A stretch of DNA of 64,000 nt, taken from Ophelia neglecta. Its lineage: Eukaryota. The first letter of the stretch is position 1; every line of letters begins with the position of its first letter. The stretch is from assembly GCA_965285935.1 (NCBI GenBank), contig OZ260663.1, positions 66,278,001-66,342,000 on the forward strand. Direction: 5' to 3'. The notes beneath the pieces are model-generated. The model saw nothing but the letters and a program-made list of their open reading frames with translations, was not told the DNA's origin and did no database searches. A program made the position numbers and the translations under genes. Below, piece by piece: positions 63,858 to 64,000 of this stretch.

Positions 63858-64000
63858 CATGGGTAGAGTAAAAGTGGACTCTATATATAGCACAGTCCCT
63901 CAGCAAACATTTAACCCCGACCCTATTTTTATCTTCTTTTCTCTAGGATAAGCAGGCTTTCCATAAAACCACATTATCGCCGGTCTAATATAGTGTGTAA

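Noticed and set aside
1-64000. Reading the many short ORFs as a prokaryotic operon, fragmented pseudogenes or a cassette/diversity array
   Set aside because: The pieces are bounded by GT(GC)-AG sites with matching phases and join into two uninterrupted frames. I found no frameshifts or internal stops, and no duplicated mutually exclusive exons.

Overview
AT-rich, intron-dense eukaryotic (metazoan-type) genomic DNA, not prokaryotic: the ORF track is exon fragments plus antisense shadows. Almost the whole window is two giant paralogous genes arranged head-to-head, with start codons about 1.94 kb apart (29039 minus, 30981 plus). I traced the splice junctions by hand with a phase check at each. 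Gene A (minus) has 77 coding exons, about 14.6 kb of CDS and at least 4878 aa, and runs off the left edge. Gene B (plus) has 72 coding exons, 13632 nt and at least 4544 aa; its 3' end is unresolved at the right edge. Both begin with a signal peptide followed by tandem ~145-aa beta-rich domains. These carry the bacterial CARDB-like signature (DL...fyLSxDxxLDxxD...CGxxYL...DxxNxVxExxExNN...C) plus a Cys pair. A has 33 domains and then a Ca-binding EGF exon. B matches A domain-for-domain through domain 31. The array has two alternating subtypes, an apparent super-repeat, a shared motif-free hinge (D7-D8), a shared Cys-free domain (D3) and a shared odd Cys (D12). I infer a co-regulated, possibly heteromeric, extracellular filament system and cannot assign a known gene name. 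Introns contain a truncated LINE, a Tc1/mariner-type MITE, a fold-back element and simple repeats. All models are manual and lack transcript support.
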